From Alphaproteobacteria bacterium (lineage in GTDB: Bacteria; Pseudomonadota; Alphaproteobacteria; UBA8317): a DNA stretch of 64,000 nt. Within the stretch, counting starts at the first letter, position 1, and each line of letters starts with the position of its first letter. A program made the position numbers and the translations under genes. Under the pieces are notes generated by a model. It worked only from the letters and a program-made list of their open reading frames with translations. It did no database searches and had not been told where the DNA came from. Location of the stretch: the NCBI GenBank assembly GCA_038131935.1, contig JAYPQH010000033.1, forward strand, positions 15,693 through 79,692, given 5' to 3'. Positions 10,114 to 23,278 of this stretch are shown piece by piece.

Positions 10114-11022
10114 TCAGGAAAATAGGATAGCTGATAATTTAGAGCGCCCCTTTAACATGACAGGGTCTTTACTACCCAATGCGTCAAAAATTTCTACCAA
10201 CCTTTTGCGGGCACCATCTTCTTTCCAAGTGCGGTCTTTCCGAACAATGGTAAGAAGATGGTCGATGGCATCCTCATTTCGACCAAGTCCAGAAAGTGCT
10301 GTTGCCAGATCAAAACGGGCTTGGTGGTCATCTGGGTTTTCGGAAACAGATTGCTCAAGTGCTGAAAGTTGTCCACCCATAGCCTCAGCTTCCTTTGCCA
10401 ATTTTAAATGACCCGCTGCGGTTTGGAGTGCAGGATGTTGCGCGAGCTCATCCTCTATTGTGGTAAGAATACCCTCGGCCTGATCAAAGTCCTTAAGTTT
10501 TATCAGTGCGCGTACATAACCACCTAATGCCTCAGGTTGGTCATTGTCTGTGCTCAATATTTGTGAAAATAATTCTGCGGATTGAGATGGATTTTCCGTC
10601 AGCAAGGCTTCAGCTTCTTGCATAATGCTTTCGATATCCATTTCACCGGGTACAGTAACGCCTTTGGTTAATTTGTCGATAAAACCCTTGATTTGGCTAT
10701 CTGGCAATGCACCCATAAATCCATCAACAGGCTGACCATTATGAAAGGCGTAGACCGTAGGAATGGATTGAATACGTAATTGTTGAGCCAGCATTTGGTT
10801 TTCATCAACATTAATTTTCACCATTCGAACCTTACCCCCTGCGGCTTGAACCGCTTTTTCTAAGGCTGGGCCTAGCTGTTTGCATGGTCCGCACCAGGGC
10901 GCCCAGAAGTCAACGATGACGGGAACGTTTTGGGAGGCCAGAATGACATCCTCTTGAAACCGCTCCTGGCTAGATTCAGTGATAAGCGGCTGCGGTGAAG
11001 TGTTATCTTTGCTGTCAAACAT
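10114..11022 (-). CDS. cnoX: Chaperedoxin (thioredoxin + TPR; YbbN/CnoX)
   Basis: DFWAPWCGPC thioredoxin domain followed by helical TPR region ending GRSKLSAILFS; start at ATG 11022 after GAGGGG. Confidence 0.9.
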   Translation of the reverse strand: MFDSKDNTSPQPLITESSQERFQEDVILASQNVPVIVDFWAPWCGPCKQLGPALEKAVQAAGGKVRMVKINVDENQMLAQQLRIQSIPTVYAFHNGQPVDGFMGALPDSQIKGFIDKLTKGVTVPGEMDIESIMQEAEALLTENPSQSAELFSQILSTDNDQPEALGGYVRALIKLKDFDQAEGILTTIEDELAQHPALQTAAGHLKLAKEAEAMGGQLSALEQSVSENPDDHQARFDLATALSGLGRNEDAIDHLLTIVRKDRTWKEDGARKRLVEIFDALGSKDPVMLKGRSKLSAILFS

Positions 11023-11155
11023 GTCTGTGCCCCTCGTTGTAATGGCAAATTCTGAAAGAAGTGAGTCAGTATTACTTATATGTGTATCTCTTTCATCAAA
11101 CGCCAGGGCTTGCCAAGGTCTTGCTTTTGCGTCATATGACAATCCACGCTAATGA

Positions 11156-11230
11156 GCGGGCGTAGCTCAGGGGTAGAGCATCACCTTGCCAAGGTGAGGG
11201 TCGTGAGTTCGAATCTCATCGCCCGCTCCA
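11156..11230 (+). tRNA. tRNA-Gly (GCC)
   Basis: GCGGGCG/CGCCCGC acceptor stem, D-arm GCTCAGGGGTAGAGC, anticodon arm CACCT-TGCCA-AGGTG, T-loop GTTCGAATC, encoded CCA. Confidence 0.97.
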
Positions 11231-11500
11231 GTTAATTCTCAGACAATGTAAATTCAGACAGTTTATATATTGCCTGTTATAGAGCGTCTGACCAACGCGT
11301 GTCGTACCAGGCATGGTCTGCTTTGTGTATTTCATTTGTTTCACGGCTGCTCTTATGGGCGAACTTTTTTACATAGAACTTGCGGATTATGGCTGCATCA
11401 GGTTTTGTGTAGAGGCATGGATTGTGGACTTTACATTAAAAGACCATCCATGTGGTCGCTGCATGAAACACAAACCATTCAAAATATGTGAGGTTGACAG

Positions 11501-12349
11501 GTGCCAGAGCTACCGGAGGTAGAAACAGTTCGTCGTGGACTACAATCCTATATTCTTGGCTGCAGACTGACAGCAGTTAAAATGAATAGGCGTGATCTTC
11601 GCTTTACAATCAATCCAGATCTTCGTCATTTAGGCCAAAAAAATGCACTGGTCACAGATGTTCAAAGAAGGGGCAAATATCTCATCATTTATCTTGAGAA
11701 CCAGCCCACCATTCTTATTCATTTGGGCATGTCTGGTCGTTTAATTATTGGTGAAACCGACATAACGGACGGTCGTCTGTATCATGAACAACGTCTTTAT
11801 CAACAACATGATCATATCATATTTCAATTTGATCGAGGTCAGGTCATTTTTAATGACCCAAGACGGTTTGGTCATGTCGATATGTTGCACAAGGATGGCA
11901 CGCACAGATTGTTAGATAAGCTCGGTCCAGATCCTATTATTGATACCATTGGTTCTGGACAGGTACGCATGATGTTTGGTTCTGGTCGTAGTGCTATAAA
12001 GCAGCGGCTTTTGGATCAAACTGTGCTTGCGGGTGTTGGAAATATCTATGCGTGTGAATCTTTGTTTCAAGCAGGCATTCACCCGTTACGTCAGGTTGGA
12101 CGTTTGTCTGACCAACGTTTGATAAAGCTCATGGATGCAGTTAGAAACGTGTTGGCACGTGCTATTGAAGCTGGTGGCTCGTCACTGCGAGACTACAGAA
12201 CGCTCTCGGGTGCGCCCGGTTACTTCCAACATCAGTTCAAGGTGTATGACCAAAAGGGTAGGTTTTGCACTGTTTGTCATGATGGCATTATCCGCCGCAT
12301 CGTTCAAAATGGTCGTTCAACTTTCTATTGTCCTAAATGTCAGCGATGA
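11501..12349 (+). CDS. mutM: Formamidopyrimidine-DNA glycosylase
   Basis: PELPEVET, RRGKY, HLGMSG, GVGNIYA, C-terminal Zn finger CTVC...CPKCQ. Confidence 0.97.
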   Translation: MPELPEVETVRRGLQSYILGCRLTAVKMNRRDLRFTINPDLRHLGQKNALVTDVQRRGKYLIIYLENQPTILIHLGMSGRLIIGETDITDGRLYHEQRLYQQHDHIIFQFDRGQVIFNDPRRFGHVDMLHKDGTHRLLDKLGPDPIIDTIGSGQVRMMFGSGRSAIKQRLLDQTVLAGVGNIYACESLFQAGIHPLRQVGRLSDQRLIKLMDAVRNVLARAIEAGGSSLRDYRTLSGAPGYFQHQFKVYDQKGRFCTVCHDGIIRRIVQNGRSTFYCPKCQR

Positions 12350-12523
12350 TTCCTTCATCTTATCGGTTCACCCGTCATTGACCAAGCTGCAGAAAACCGG
12401 TATTGACCCACCTTTATCGAAACGCCCTTTAGGTCGTTATGGTTTTAAATGATATCTTCGCAAAATGTTGCTTTGAAAAAAATGGCACTGAATGCGGGGT
12501 ATCGTTGGTTTGGAGATTAAAAT

Positions 12524-12790
12524 ATGGCTAATAGCCCACAGGCGCGAAAAAGAATCCGTCAAACGGCGCGTAGAACAGAGGTCAACACAGCTCGAAGAAG
12601 CCGTATCCGTACATATGTAAAGAAAGTGGAGATGGCGATCCAAGCTGGGCAAGTAGCCGAGGCAAAGGAAGCTTTCGTCGCTGCACAGCCAGAAATCATG
12701 AGAGGTGTTACAAAAGGTCTCATTCATCGGAATACTGCTAGTAGAAAAGTTTCTCGACTTAATAGTCGCATCAAGGCGATGAGTCTGTAG
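12524..12790 (+). CDS. rpsT: 30S ribosomal protein S20
   Basis: [13 protein letters not shown]...[12 protein letters not shown]; GGAG SD. Confidence 0.97.
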   Translation: MANSPQARKRIRQTARRTEVNTARRSRIRTYVKKVEMAIQAGQVAEAKEAFVAAQPEIMRGVTKGLIHRNTASRKVSRLNSRIKAMSL

Positions 12791-12818
12791 CCTATATTGA
12801 ACATACAAAATTTTATTT

Positions 12819-12860
12819 AAAGGGACTTATAAGTTATAAGTCCCTTTTTCTTTTTGTTTT
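12819..12860 (+). terminator. Rho-independent terminator after rpsT
   Basis: 13-bp stem AAAGGGACTTATA/TATAAGTCCCTTT followed by a long T-rich tail. Confidence 0.8.
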
Positions 12861-13054
12861 TCAATTTTCTAATCAATGTCAACGGTGAAAAGAGCAAGAA
12901 AATTTCTAGGTTTGACGTTGCATAATACGGCTTTGAAGGTTAACCATGCACGGATGTTGGCGAAAATAAAAAACGTTTGAGGACCCTAACACAAGGTTGA
13001 TTACGTTGGTTTTTAGTGTAGCCTTGTAAGATGTTTTTTGGCTTAGGAAGTGAC

Positions 13055-14437
13055 ATGGCTGGCTTGAACGCTCATGATGAAGTATGGACATTTGTGCAAG
13101 AACGTATGCGTCGCCAATTTGGTGATGCCACTTATGCATCATGGGTGCAGCCGTTAAAACTTACTGAAGTGCGTGAAGGTGCTGCTGTGCTCATCGCACC
13201 AACGGCTTTCATGCGTGATCGGATAAAAGATAGGTTCAAGCAGGCGCTTGAGGAAGCTTTCCAAACTATTCAACCCGCTATTGTGAAGGTCGAGATTGGG
13301 CATAAGGAAGCTGTAGAAAACGAGTCTTCTAAGCAGCAGGATAAGCAGCCAGCGAGGACTCCTGCTAAGCCATCTCCATCATACGAAATGATAGAGACAG
13401 AAACGGCTGTATTTGATCGGCGTTTTACATTTGAAAATTTTGTCACGGGTAAATCCAACCAGCTTGCGTTTGCTGCAGCAAGGCGTGTTGCTGCGGAAGT
13501 TGAGGTGCAATTTAACCCTCTATTTTTGTATGGTGGTGTGGGACTTGGCAAAACCCATCTCATGCACGCTATTGCATGGGAAATAAAACAGAAAACACCT
13601 GAACGTAGTGTGATGTATTGTTCAGCTGAACAGTTTATGTACAAATTTATATCTGCATTGCGCCATCGTAGCACCATAGATTTTAAAAATCTTTTCCGAT
13701 CTGTAGATGTGCTCATGATTGACGACGTACAATTCATAAGTGGAAAAGATTCAACGCAAGAAGAATTTTTTCATACCTTTAACGAATTAATAGACAATTC
13801 AAAGCAAATCATTATTTCTGCTGACCGCTCTCCGACTGATTTAGAGGGCATGGAAGAACGTATCAAATCTCGTCTTGGTTGGGGATTGGTCGCTGACATA
13901 CATCCTACTGACTACGAATTGAGACTCGGTATTCTGCAAACAAAAGCTGAAATGGTTCATCACCAACATGGATTTCAGATTTCTGAACGCGTTTTAGAAT
14001 TTTTGGCCCATCGTATCACATCAAATGTGCGGGAGCTTGAAGGTGCTCTTACACGTTTATGTGCTTTTTCTACCTTGGTTCATCGTCCCATTGATATGGA
14101 CATGGCCGAAGATGTTCTACGTGACCTCCTGCGCGCAAGTAGCAGACGCACAACTGTGGATGAAATTCAACGCAAAGTTGCCGAGCATTTCAATTTGAAG
14201 ATGTCTGATATGCATTCTGCTCGCCGTACGGCATCAATTGCTCGGCCAAGACAAATCGCAATGTATCTGTGTAAAATTCTCACCCAACGATCACTGCCTG
14301 ACATAGGTAAAAAATTTGGTGGGCGCGATCACACGACCGTTATTCACGCGGTCCGTCGTGTTGAACAACTTATGAACGAAGATCATAATATTCGCGAGGA
14401 TGTGCAATTGTTGCGTCGTGCTCTGGAGTCGTCCTGA
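13055..14437 (+). CDS. dnaA: Chromosomal replication initiator
   Basis: FTFENFV, NPLFLYGGVGLGKTHL, DDVQF, TQEEFFHTFN, NVRELEG, RPRQIAMYL, GGRDHTTV; start is either 13031 or 13055. Confidence 0.98.
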   Translation: MAGLNAHDEVWTFVQERMRRQFGDATYASWVQPLKLTEVREGAAVLIAPTAFMRDRIKDRFKQALEEAFQTIQPAIVKVEIGHKEAVENESSKQQDKQPARTPAKPSPSYEMIETETAVFDRRFTFENFVTGKSNQLAFAAARRVAAEVEVQFNPLFLYGGVGLGKTHLMHAIAWEIKQKTPERSVMYCSAEQFMYKFISALRHRSTIDFKNLFRSVDVLMIDDVQFISGKDSTQEEFFHTFNELIDNSKQIIISADRSPTDLEGMEERIKSRLGWGLVADIHPTDYELRLGILQTKAEMVHHQHGFQISERVLEFLAHRITSNVRELEGALTRLCAFSTLVHRPIDMDMAEDVLRDLLRASSRRTTVDEIQRKVAEHFNLKMSDMHSARRTASIARPRQIAMYLCKILTQRSLPDIGKKFGGRDHTTVIHAVRRVEQLMNEDHNIREDVQLLRRALESS

Positions 14438-14509
14438 AGGGCTTTGATTACGTCGCGTTCAATGCTATGAATAAAGGCCTTGTTCACAACAGACATTGGA
14501 ACGGCCACC

Positions 14510-15631
14510 ATGAAGCTATCCATTGACAGACACCATCTTCTTAAAGCCTTAGGGCATGTCCAGAGTATTGTAGAAAGACGCACAACCATACCTGTTCTTG
14601 CCAACGTTCTCATGGAAGCAAGAGATGGGTTTTTGACATTCTCAGCAACAGATCTTGACATTGAAATTCAAGAGCGGGTTGTCGCGAAGGTTATACAACC
14701 TGGTGCGACCACTGCTCCAGCGCATTTACTATTTGATATTGTGCGTAAACTTTCTGATGGTGTTGATGTGGAGCTTGATCATGATGCTGGTGCGGAGCGC
14801 TTGCATATTCGTTCAGGCCGTTCACGCTTTTCACTGGCATGTTTGGCTCGGGATGAATTTCCTAGCCTTTCAGATGGCGCGTTTCCTTGCCAGTTCCGCC
14901 TAGAAACGGCAGTTATGAAGAAAATGATTGATAAGACAAGGTTTGCCATTTCAACGGAAGAAACAAGATATTACCTAAACGGTATCTATCTACATATTCG
15001 TGAGGTTGATGGATTATCATATTTGAGTGCTGTGGCAACGGATGGACACCGTCTTGCTCTTGCCAGTGATGAAGCACCTCAAGGGTCCTCTTCCATGACA
15101 GGGTCTATTTTGCCCCGTAAGGCCGTAGGCGAATTGAGAAAACTTCTTGAAGATACAGAACAAGACTTTATGGACGTTTCTGTATCTGAGAGCCGTATCA
15201 GATTCGTTTTTGATGATGTGAAACTCTCAACAAAACTCATAGATGGAACATTTCCTGATTATGAGCGTGTAATCCCGGGTGACAATGATCGTGTGCTTAC
15301 TATTGATCCTGTGCATTTCTCCAAGGCTGTGGATCGTGTTGCGACGGTGTCTTTCGAAAAAACCCGCGCTGTAAAATTATCTTTAGGATCAAAGCGTTTG
15401 GAGTTGTCTGTCACAAGTCCTGATTCAGGCTCCGCTGTGGAAGAGCTAGAAGTCGATTATGATGCTGGTGATTTGGAAATTGGGTTTAATGCACGCTATC
15501 TACTCGATATAAACGCACAACTTGACAAACAAGAGGCACGATTTGAGTTCAAAGATTCTGCATCGCCCACGGTCATACGCTCAGGTGATGATGATGGTCT
15601 TCTTTTTGTCTTGATGCCAATGCGGGTTTGA
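14510..15631 (+). CDS. dnaN: DNA polymerase III beta clamp
   Basis: ATDLD, EETRYYLNG, ATDGHRL, GTFPDY, IGFNARY, LMPMRV. Confidence 0.98.
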   Translation: MKLSIDRHHLLKALGHVQSIVERRTTIPVLANVLMEARDGFLTFSATDLDIEIQERVVAKVIQPGATTAPAHLLFDIVRKLSDGVDVELDHDAGAERLHIRSGRSRFSLACLARDEFPSLSDGAFPCQFRLETAVMKKMIDKTRFAISTEETRYYLNGIYLHIREVDGLSYLSAVATDGHRLALASDEAPQGSSSMTGSILPRKAVGELRKLLEDTEQDFMDVSVSESRIRFVFDDVKLSTKLIDGTFPDYERVIPGDNDRVLTIDPVHFSKAVDRVATVSFEKTRAVKLSLGSKRLELSVTSPDSGSAVEELEVDYDAGDLEIGFNARYLLDINAQLDKQEARFEFKDSASPTVIRSGDDDGLLFVLMPMRV

Positions 15632-15644
15632 GGAAACCCTGCGA

Positions 15645-16748
15645 TTGGCACTTCAAAAACTGACGTTACGAAATTTTAGGAACCATGCATACACAGAGTT
15701 GTTGCTTGCTGGTCGGAACCTTGTTTTGTTCGGTGCTAATGGATCAGGAAAAACAAACGTCTTAGATGCAGTATCTCTTCTATCCCCAGGACGAGGAATG
15801 CGACGCTCACCTTATGTTGATATGCTCAGAAAGGGTCATGAACATGAAGGCTGGGGTGTGGAAGCATGCTTCACGGGGCATGTGGATGAAGGCATAACAA
15901 TGGTTACCGGCGTAAGAGCGGACCAACCGTCAAAGCGATTGGCAAGATTGAATGGTTCAGATGTTGCGTTAAATACATTTGCCGAAGTTTGCGGGCTAAC
16001 ATGGCTAACACCTCGCCATGACCGGTTGTTTTTGGAGTCAGCTGCTGAGCGAAGGCGCTTTCTAGATCGTCTTGTTCTGTCTGTTTTTCCTCAGCATGGT
16101 CGACTTACTAATCTCTTCGAACGACATATGCGCGAGCGTGTCAAAATATTAGAAATGGGGGACGATGAAATTTGGCTGACAGCGGTGGAAGAAAAACTTG
16201 CGGATGCTGCATGGCAATTGAGCCAAAATAGACAGTCTTGGGTGTACCAAATTGCTAGAGAGTTGATCGAACCAGAATATGGATTTCCAGGTTGTGACGT
16301 TGCATTGATACAGCCTTTTGGTCCCCTCATCACCCAAATCGATAGTAAGTCTCACTATATTGAGTTGCTTAAACAAAGAAGAAATGCTGATAAAGCTGCT
16401 GGCAGGCTATTGATTGGGCCACATCGTGCAGACTTGGCGGGTTGGTATCGTGAAAAGCTAATGCCAGCAGCACAATGTTCAACAGGCGAGCAAAAAGCCC
16501 TACTTGTGAGTATCTTAATTGCTCATATCAAACTTTTAAGGTCCCGTGATGAATATTTGCCAATTCTGGTTTTGCTAGATGAAATTGGTGCACATTTTGA
16601 TCCATCTCGCAGAAAAGCTTTGGCATCAGTACTTCTTAAACTCCGGGCACAGGCTTTTCTCACGGGAACAGAAGAGCATCTGTTTTCTGATTTTGGCAGT
16701 GATACGTTATTTGTGCGTTTGGAGGATGGTAAGGCATATGAATGCTAG
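15645..16748 (+). CDS. recF: DNA replication/repair protein RecF
   Basis: NFRNH, GANGSGKTN, ERRRFLD, GPHRAD, STGEQK, LLDE; between dnaN and gyrB. Confidence 0.95.
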   Translation: MALQKLTLRNFRNHAYTELLLAGRNLVLFGANGSGKTNVLDAVSLLSPGRGMRRSPYVDMLRKGHEHEGWGVEACFTGHVDEGITMVTGVRADQPSKRLARLNGSDVALNTFAEVCGLTWLTPRHDRLFLESAAERRRFLDRLVLSVFPQHGRLTNLFERHMRERVKILEMGDDEIWLTAVEEKLADAAWQLSQNRQSWVYQIARELIEPEYGFPGCDVALIQPFGPLITQIDSKSHYIELLKQRRNADKAAGRLLIGPHRADLAGWYREKLMPAAQCSTGEQKALLVSILIAHIKLLRSRDEYLPILVLLDEIGAHFDPSRRKALASVLLKLRAQAFLTGTEEHLFSDFGSDTLFVRLEDGKAYEC

Positions 16749-16820
16749 CCTTCTAGACCTCAGCGTGAGGTCTGATATGATGTTAAAAGAAATGCACCTA
16801 GGTGATTTGGATAGGAATGA

Positions 16821-19220
<2,400 letters not shown>

Positions 19221-19297
19221 TTTCTTGACTATGTGTTTGTTGCTGGCAACATCATTGTTAACCAACAACGCATTGAGAAATCAAAGGAAGGTGAACA

Positions 19298-19783
19298 ATG
19301 AAGTTCTGGAGTGATGATATTAAACCTAATGAAGTGATGAGCATGGATCATGTTCTGTCAGCGGATTATGGCTTTGGTTGCGAGGGAGGTAACATCTCCC
19401 CATCATTATCTTGGTCAGATCTTCCCGCAGATGCCACCCATGTGACGGTGCTCTGTTTTGATCCTGATGCACCGACAGGAAGTGGTTTTTGGCATTGGTT
19501 GGTCGCAAATATACCTGTTCAACATCATGGTCTTGAACGGCATGCTTCGGGTGAAGGTAAAATTCCTGAAGGTGCCATGGAAACACGAACAGACTTTGGA
19601 AAACCAGGATGGGGAGGTCCTTGTCCGCCCGAAGGTGACAAACCTCATGCTTATGTTTTTACATTGCATGCTCATAAAGGCACTATCCAGGTTTATGAAG
19701 ATATACCCGCTGCACAAGTTGGGTTTCAGCTACATTTTGCTAGCATAGCAGAAACAAGCTTCACAGGTTTTTTTGGTCGTTAA
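19298..19783 (+). CDS. YbhB/YbcL family (PEBP/Raf kinase inhibitor-like) protein
   Basis: GGNISP, DPDAPTGSGFWHW, GGPCPP. Confidence 0.9.
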   Translation: MKFWSDDIKPNEVMSMDHVLSADYGFGCEGGNISPSLSWSDLPADATHVTVLCFDPDAPTGSGFWHWLVANIPVQHHGLERHASGEGKIPEGAMETRTDFGKPGWGGPCPPEGDKPHAYVFTLHAHKGTIQVYEDIPAAQVGFQLHFASIAETSFTGFFGR

Positions 19784-22700
19784 TTAAGCGGCATTCTTCT
19801 CTTGGCTGGCTTGATAAAATTTGTTCAAGGCAGCCTCGAGTTCCTTTTCTGCTCGAGCCATATTTTCGCACTTTACAGGACCAAATCCCTTTATGGTGGC
19901 AAATGCGTCAAGAATAGCATCTACATGCTGAATTGTGCGTTCATCAATTTGATCTGATATATCATGTAATATGGTGACAAAACGTTCCCGCCATTCATTT
20001 TCTGATTGCCTCTCTTGTGTCCAAGAGAACGGATTAAAAGGTGTGAACCGTAAAAATTTACATTTGGCTAAAAATTTCATGGGCGTCAAAATCCAAGAGC
20101 CGAATTTTCGTTTTTTGGGTCTTCCCGTAAGCTTATCGATACCTGGGAGAAATGGTGGGGCTAGGTATAAGGAAAAAGATCCCTGGTGCTTGAATTCCCG
20201 GTCAAGTTTTTCTTGAAAGTCCACAGATGTGTAAAGCCTAGAGATTTCAAATTCATCTTTGATAGCAAATAGGCGGAAGCCAACATCCAAAGCTTTTGAA
20301 TAGAGCCGTTTGTCTTGGTCGCTTACCGTTGAAACAGATCCCTCAAATGCGGTCATGATGGCTTCAAATCGTGATGCATAAGCATCATTATGGTAATCCT
20401 TTAATTTGGCTTTATAATCACCAAGGTCATTTTTATGTTCTGTTATTGGCTCTTTCAACGTGAACCCATTGACCACAGCTGCACCAAGTTGGAAGGCTTT
20501 TTGATTGTTTTCAACCTGGACACCATTCAAAGATATGGCTTCCATCAGTGCATCATAGGACAAAGGCAAGAGACCTCTTTGCCATGAGTTTCCCAGCATA
20601 ATCATGTTGGCATACATACTATCTCCAAAGCCCGCACGAGAAATGGACTCCGCATCTATGGACACCAAGCTTTGGACTTTTGTCTTTAAAAATTCCAACC
20701 GATCTGGTGAGGATTTAAGGCCTTTGTTACCCTTGGATATAATAAATTCTTTGGTAGGTATAACAGACGTATTGGCAACCATACTGGTTCTTTGATTGTT
20801 GAGTGTTTTGAGCATGTCAGCTGATGTTGCGGTGACAAGGTCACAAGCGATAAACGCGTCTGCTGAGCCTGGGATAATGCGCCCGGTGTGAACAGCTTGG
20901 TCTTGAGAGAATTTGATAGCTGCAGTCACAGCGCCGCCTTTTTGTGCCAAGCCACTGATATCAGCACTGGCAACATTCAAGCCATCTAAATGAGCTGCTG
21001 TAGAACAGATCGCAGAGATCGTCATGATACCGGTTCCCCCAACACCAGTCATCACCATGTTAAAGAAAGGCTGGTTCTCCCAAACAGGTTGTTTTGGAGG
21101 GGTTATGAATGTTGTTAGGCTTTGAAGATCCACTTTTTTGGGGGGCTGTATTGAACCCCCCTCTATCTCCACGAAGGATGGGCAAAAGCCCTTTAAACAA
21201 GACATATCTGTGTTACAATTGGTCTGATTAATTTGTCGTTTGCGACCCAATTCTGTTTCTAAAGGTTCTATAGCGATACAATTTGATTGAATGGAACAGT
21301 CTCCACATCCCTCGCAAACGGCATCATAGATAAATAGCTTTTTGGTATCAGCAGGCCGCTTTCCTCGCTTGATTTGACGTCGCTTTTCCGTGGCGCAGAC
21401 TTGTTCATGAATAAGCACCGATACACCAGGTAATGTCGTCATCTTCTCTTGAACAGATAAGATTTCATCACGATGATAAACGGCTATACCTAAACCGTTG
21501 TGAATTTCGGGGCGATCACTGGTCACAAAAATATGCTGCACCCCTTCAGCCCGGACTTGAGCTACGATGCTTGAAACCGTTTGTTGGCCATCTACAGACT
21601 GCCCACCTGTCATGGCCACAGCATCATTGAAAAGGATCTTGAAGCCTATTGTTTCACCACTTGCTACGGCTTGTCTTATGGCTAATGTTTGTGAGTGGAA
21701 GTAGGTTCCGTCACCAACATTTGCCCATGCATATCCCGGTTCCCTGAACGGAGCGGCACCAATAATCGTCATACCTTCCCCACCCATATGGGTATAACCT
21801 TCTGTTGACTTTCCTTCTTGCAGCTGAACCATCGCGTGGCATCCGATACCAGCGCCAACACGTGCATTGGGAAGAACGCGTGTACCTGTATTATGAGGGC
21901 AGCCAGAACAAAAAATGTGGCACACGTTCAGAAAAACACCTTTGCCTCAATTTTTTTGATCTAATGGTGCCAAAAATTGTTGCAACCTCTTAACAAGTTC
22001 ATTGTCAGCTCCAATCGTCAGAAGCTTTAACAGCGCGCGCGCGCAATCTTTTGATTCTAACGTAACAACTTCTGATAAAAGTGGTTGGCCTTGCGCATCA
22101 GTTTTACCCCAAATCATAGGCCTTTGGGGATGGTGGTAGAGAATGTCTCGAATTTGTGGTTCTAAAAACCGCCTTTTGGGATCTAATACGAGAATAGAAT
22201 GCTTCGTCGTGGCAAATTCCGTAAGACCTTGTGGTTCTAATGGCCATGTAACACCAACTTTGTAAACAGCCAGGGAAGCTTCTTGAAGTATGTCTTCATC
22301 AATACCCAATTCGGCAAATAGATCATAAATTAATCCCATGCCATGTCCTGAGGTAATGATACCAAATTTAGCTTGGGTAGGGCCAAGCACTTGTTTGTTG
22401 AGCTGGTTATGCCGAATGTAGGATAGTGCTGCAGGTAGCCGGATTTCACGAAGTGTTTGTTCTACAACCACCCTATCTTGTAGGCGCGGTACAAAACGTC
22501 CTCCATGGGTACTGTACCCTGGTGCCGTCTCGGGTATGAGGAATTCTTGAGTGGATGGTAGGTAAATCCCTGATCCATCCATCAATTCTGGGGTTACCGT
22601 CATTGCAGTCCATACACCGGCAAAACGTGACATGGCCCATCCATGTAAGCCCATATCTATGATATCTTGTACATGCATCGGGCTGAAAACAGGCATCTCA

Positions 22701-23200
22701 AGATCGGCAAAACTAACATCGGTTTGGGATGCAATTGTGGATGATTTGGCAACAGGGTCATCCCCACCTATGGCCAAAACGCCTCCCCATGGATCTGTCC
22801 CATAAATGTTTGCATGTCGAATGGGATCGCCTGAACGATCAATGCCGGGCGCTTTGGCGTAGAAAAGACCAAAAACACCGTCAAAGAGTTTGCTACTATC
22901 GCGATGGATTTGCTGGGTACCCCATACCATGGTAGCGCCGAGATCTTCATTTACTGCAGGACGAAAAACAATATCATGGGCGTCGAGTAAGGCTTTTGCA
23001 CGTGTCATTTGCATATCAACACCGCCAACAGGGCTTCCACGATAGCCCGTAACAAATCCAGCAGTATGTCGATCAGCAGCTTTATCTCGGCGTGCTTGCT
23101 CCAACACAAGACGCACAAGGGCTTGGGTTCCTGTCATCAAGGAAGGGCCGTCATGCTCATGATATTTATCATCTAACGAAAAATTTGGTCTCAGCCCCAT
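19784..23200 (-). CDS. Single-chain indolepyruvate:ferredoxin oxidoreductase family protein (split by homopolymer indels at ~21910-21960)
   Basis: N part GYRGSP, NEDL; C part FCSGCPHN, GIGCH, GDGTY, NDAVAMTGGQ, CEGCGDC...CLKGFCPS, GVGGTG, GLAQKGG; the two ORFs are collinear halves of one family architecture. Confidence 0.88.
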
Positions 23201-23278
23201 GTAGAACCTCCCTTCCCGCGTTACCGTCTATCCTTAGCAGCTTCAATCATGACAGACAATTTAAACAGCATTGGCGTT

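Noticed and set aside
11109-11119. 11-nt copy (CTTGCCAAGGT) of the tRNA-Gly anticodon arm upstream of the tRNA, as a possible att scar
   Set aside because: Short, upstream rather than a 3' duplication, no integrase or island nearby, and core genes flank both sides
11270-11522. Short ORFs between tRNA-Gly and mutM
   Set aside because: Cys/aromatic-rich with no recognisable motif or clear SD; likely spurious
12860-14510. oriC beside dnaA
   Set aside because: No cluster of TTATCCACA-type boxes seen, only one mismatched TTGTTCACA at 14480; many Alphaproteobacteria have oriC away from dnaA
21900-21960. Programmed frameshifting or phase variation at homopolymer runs (IOR, phnM and others)
   Set aside because: Runs are only 5-7 nt, breaks are scattered over unrelated genes and several per gene; sequencing error is simpler
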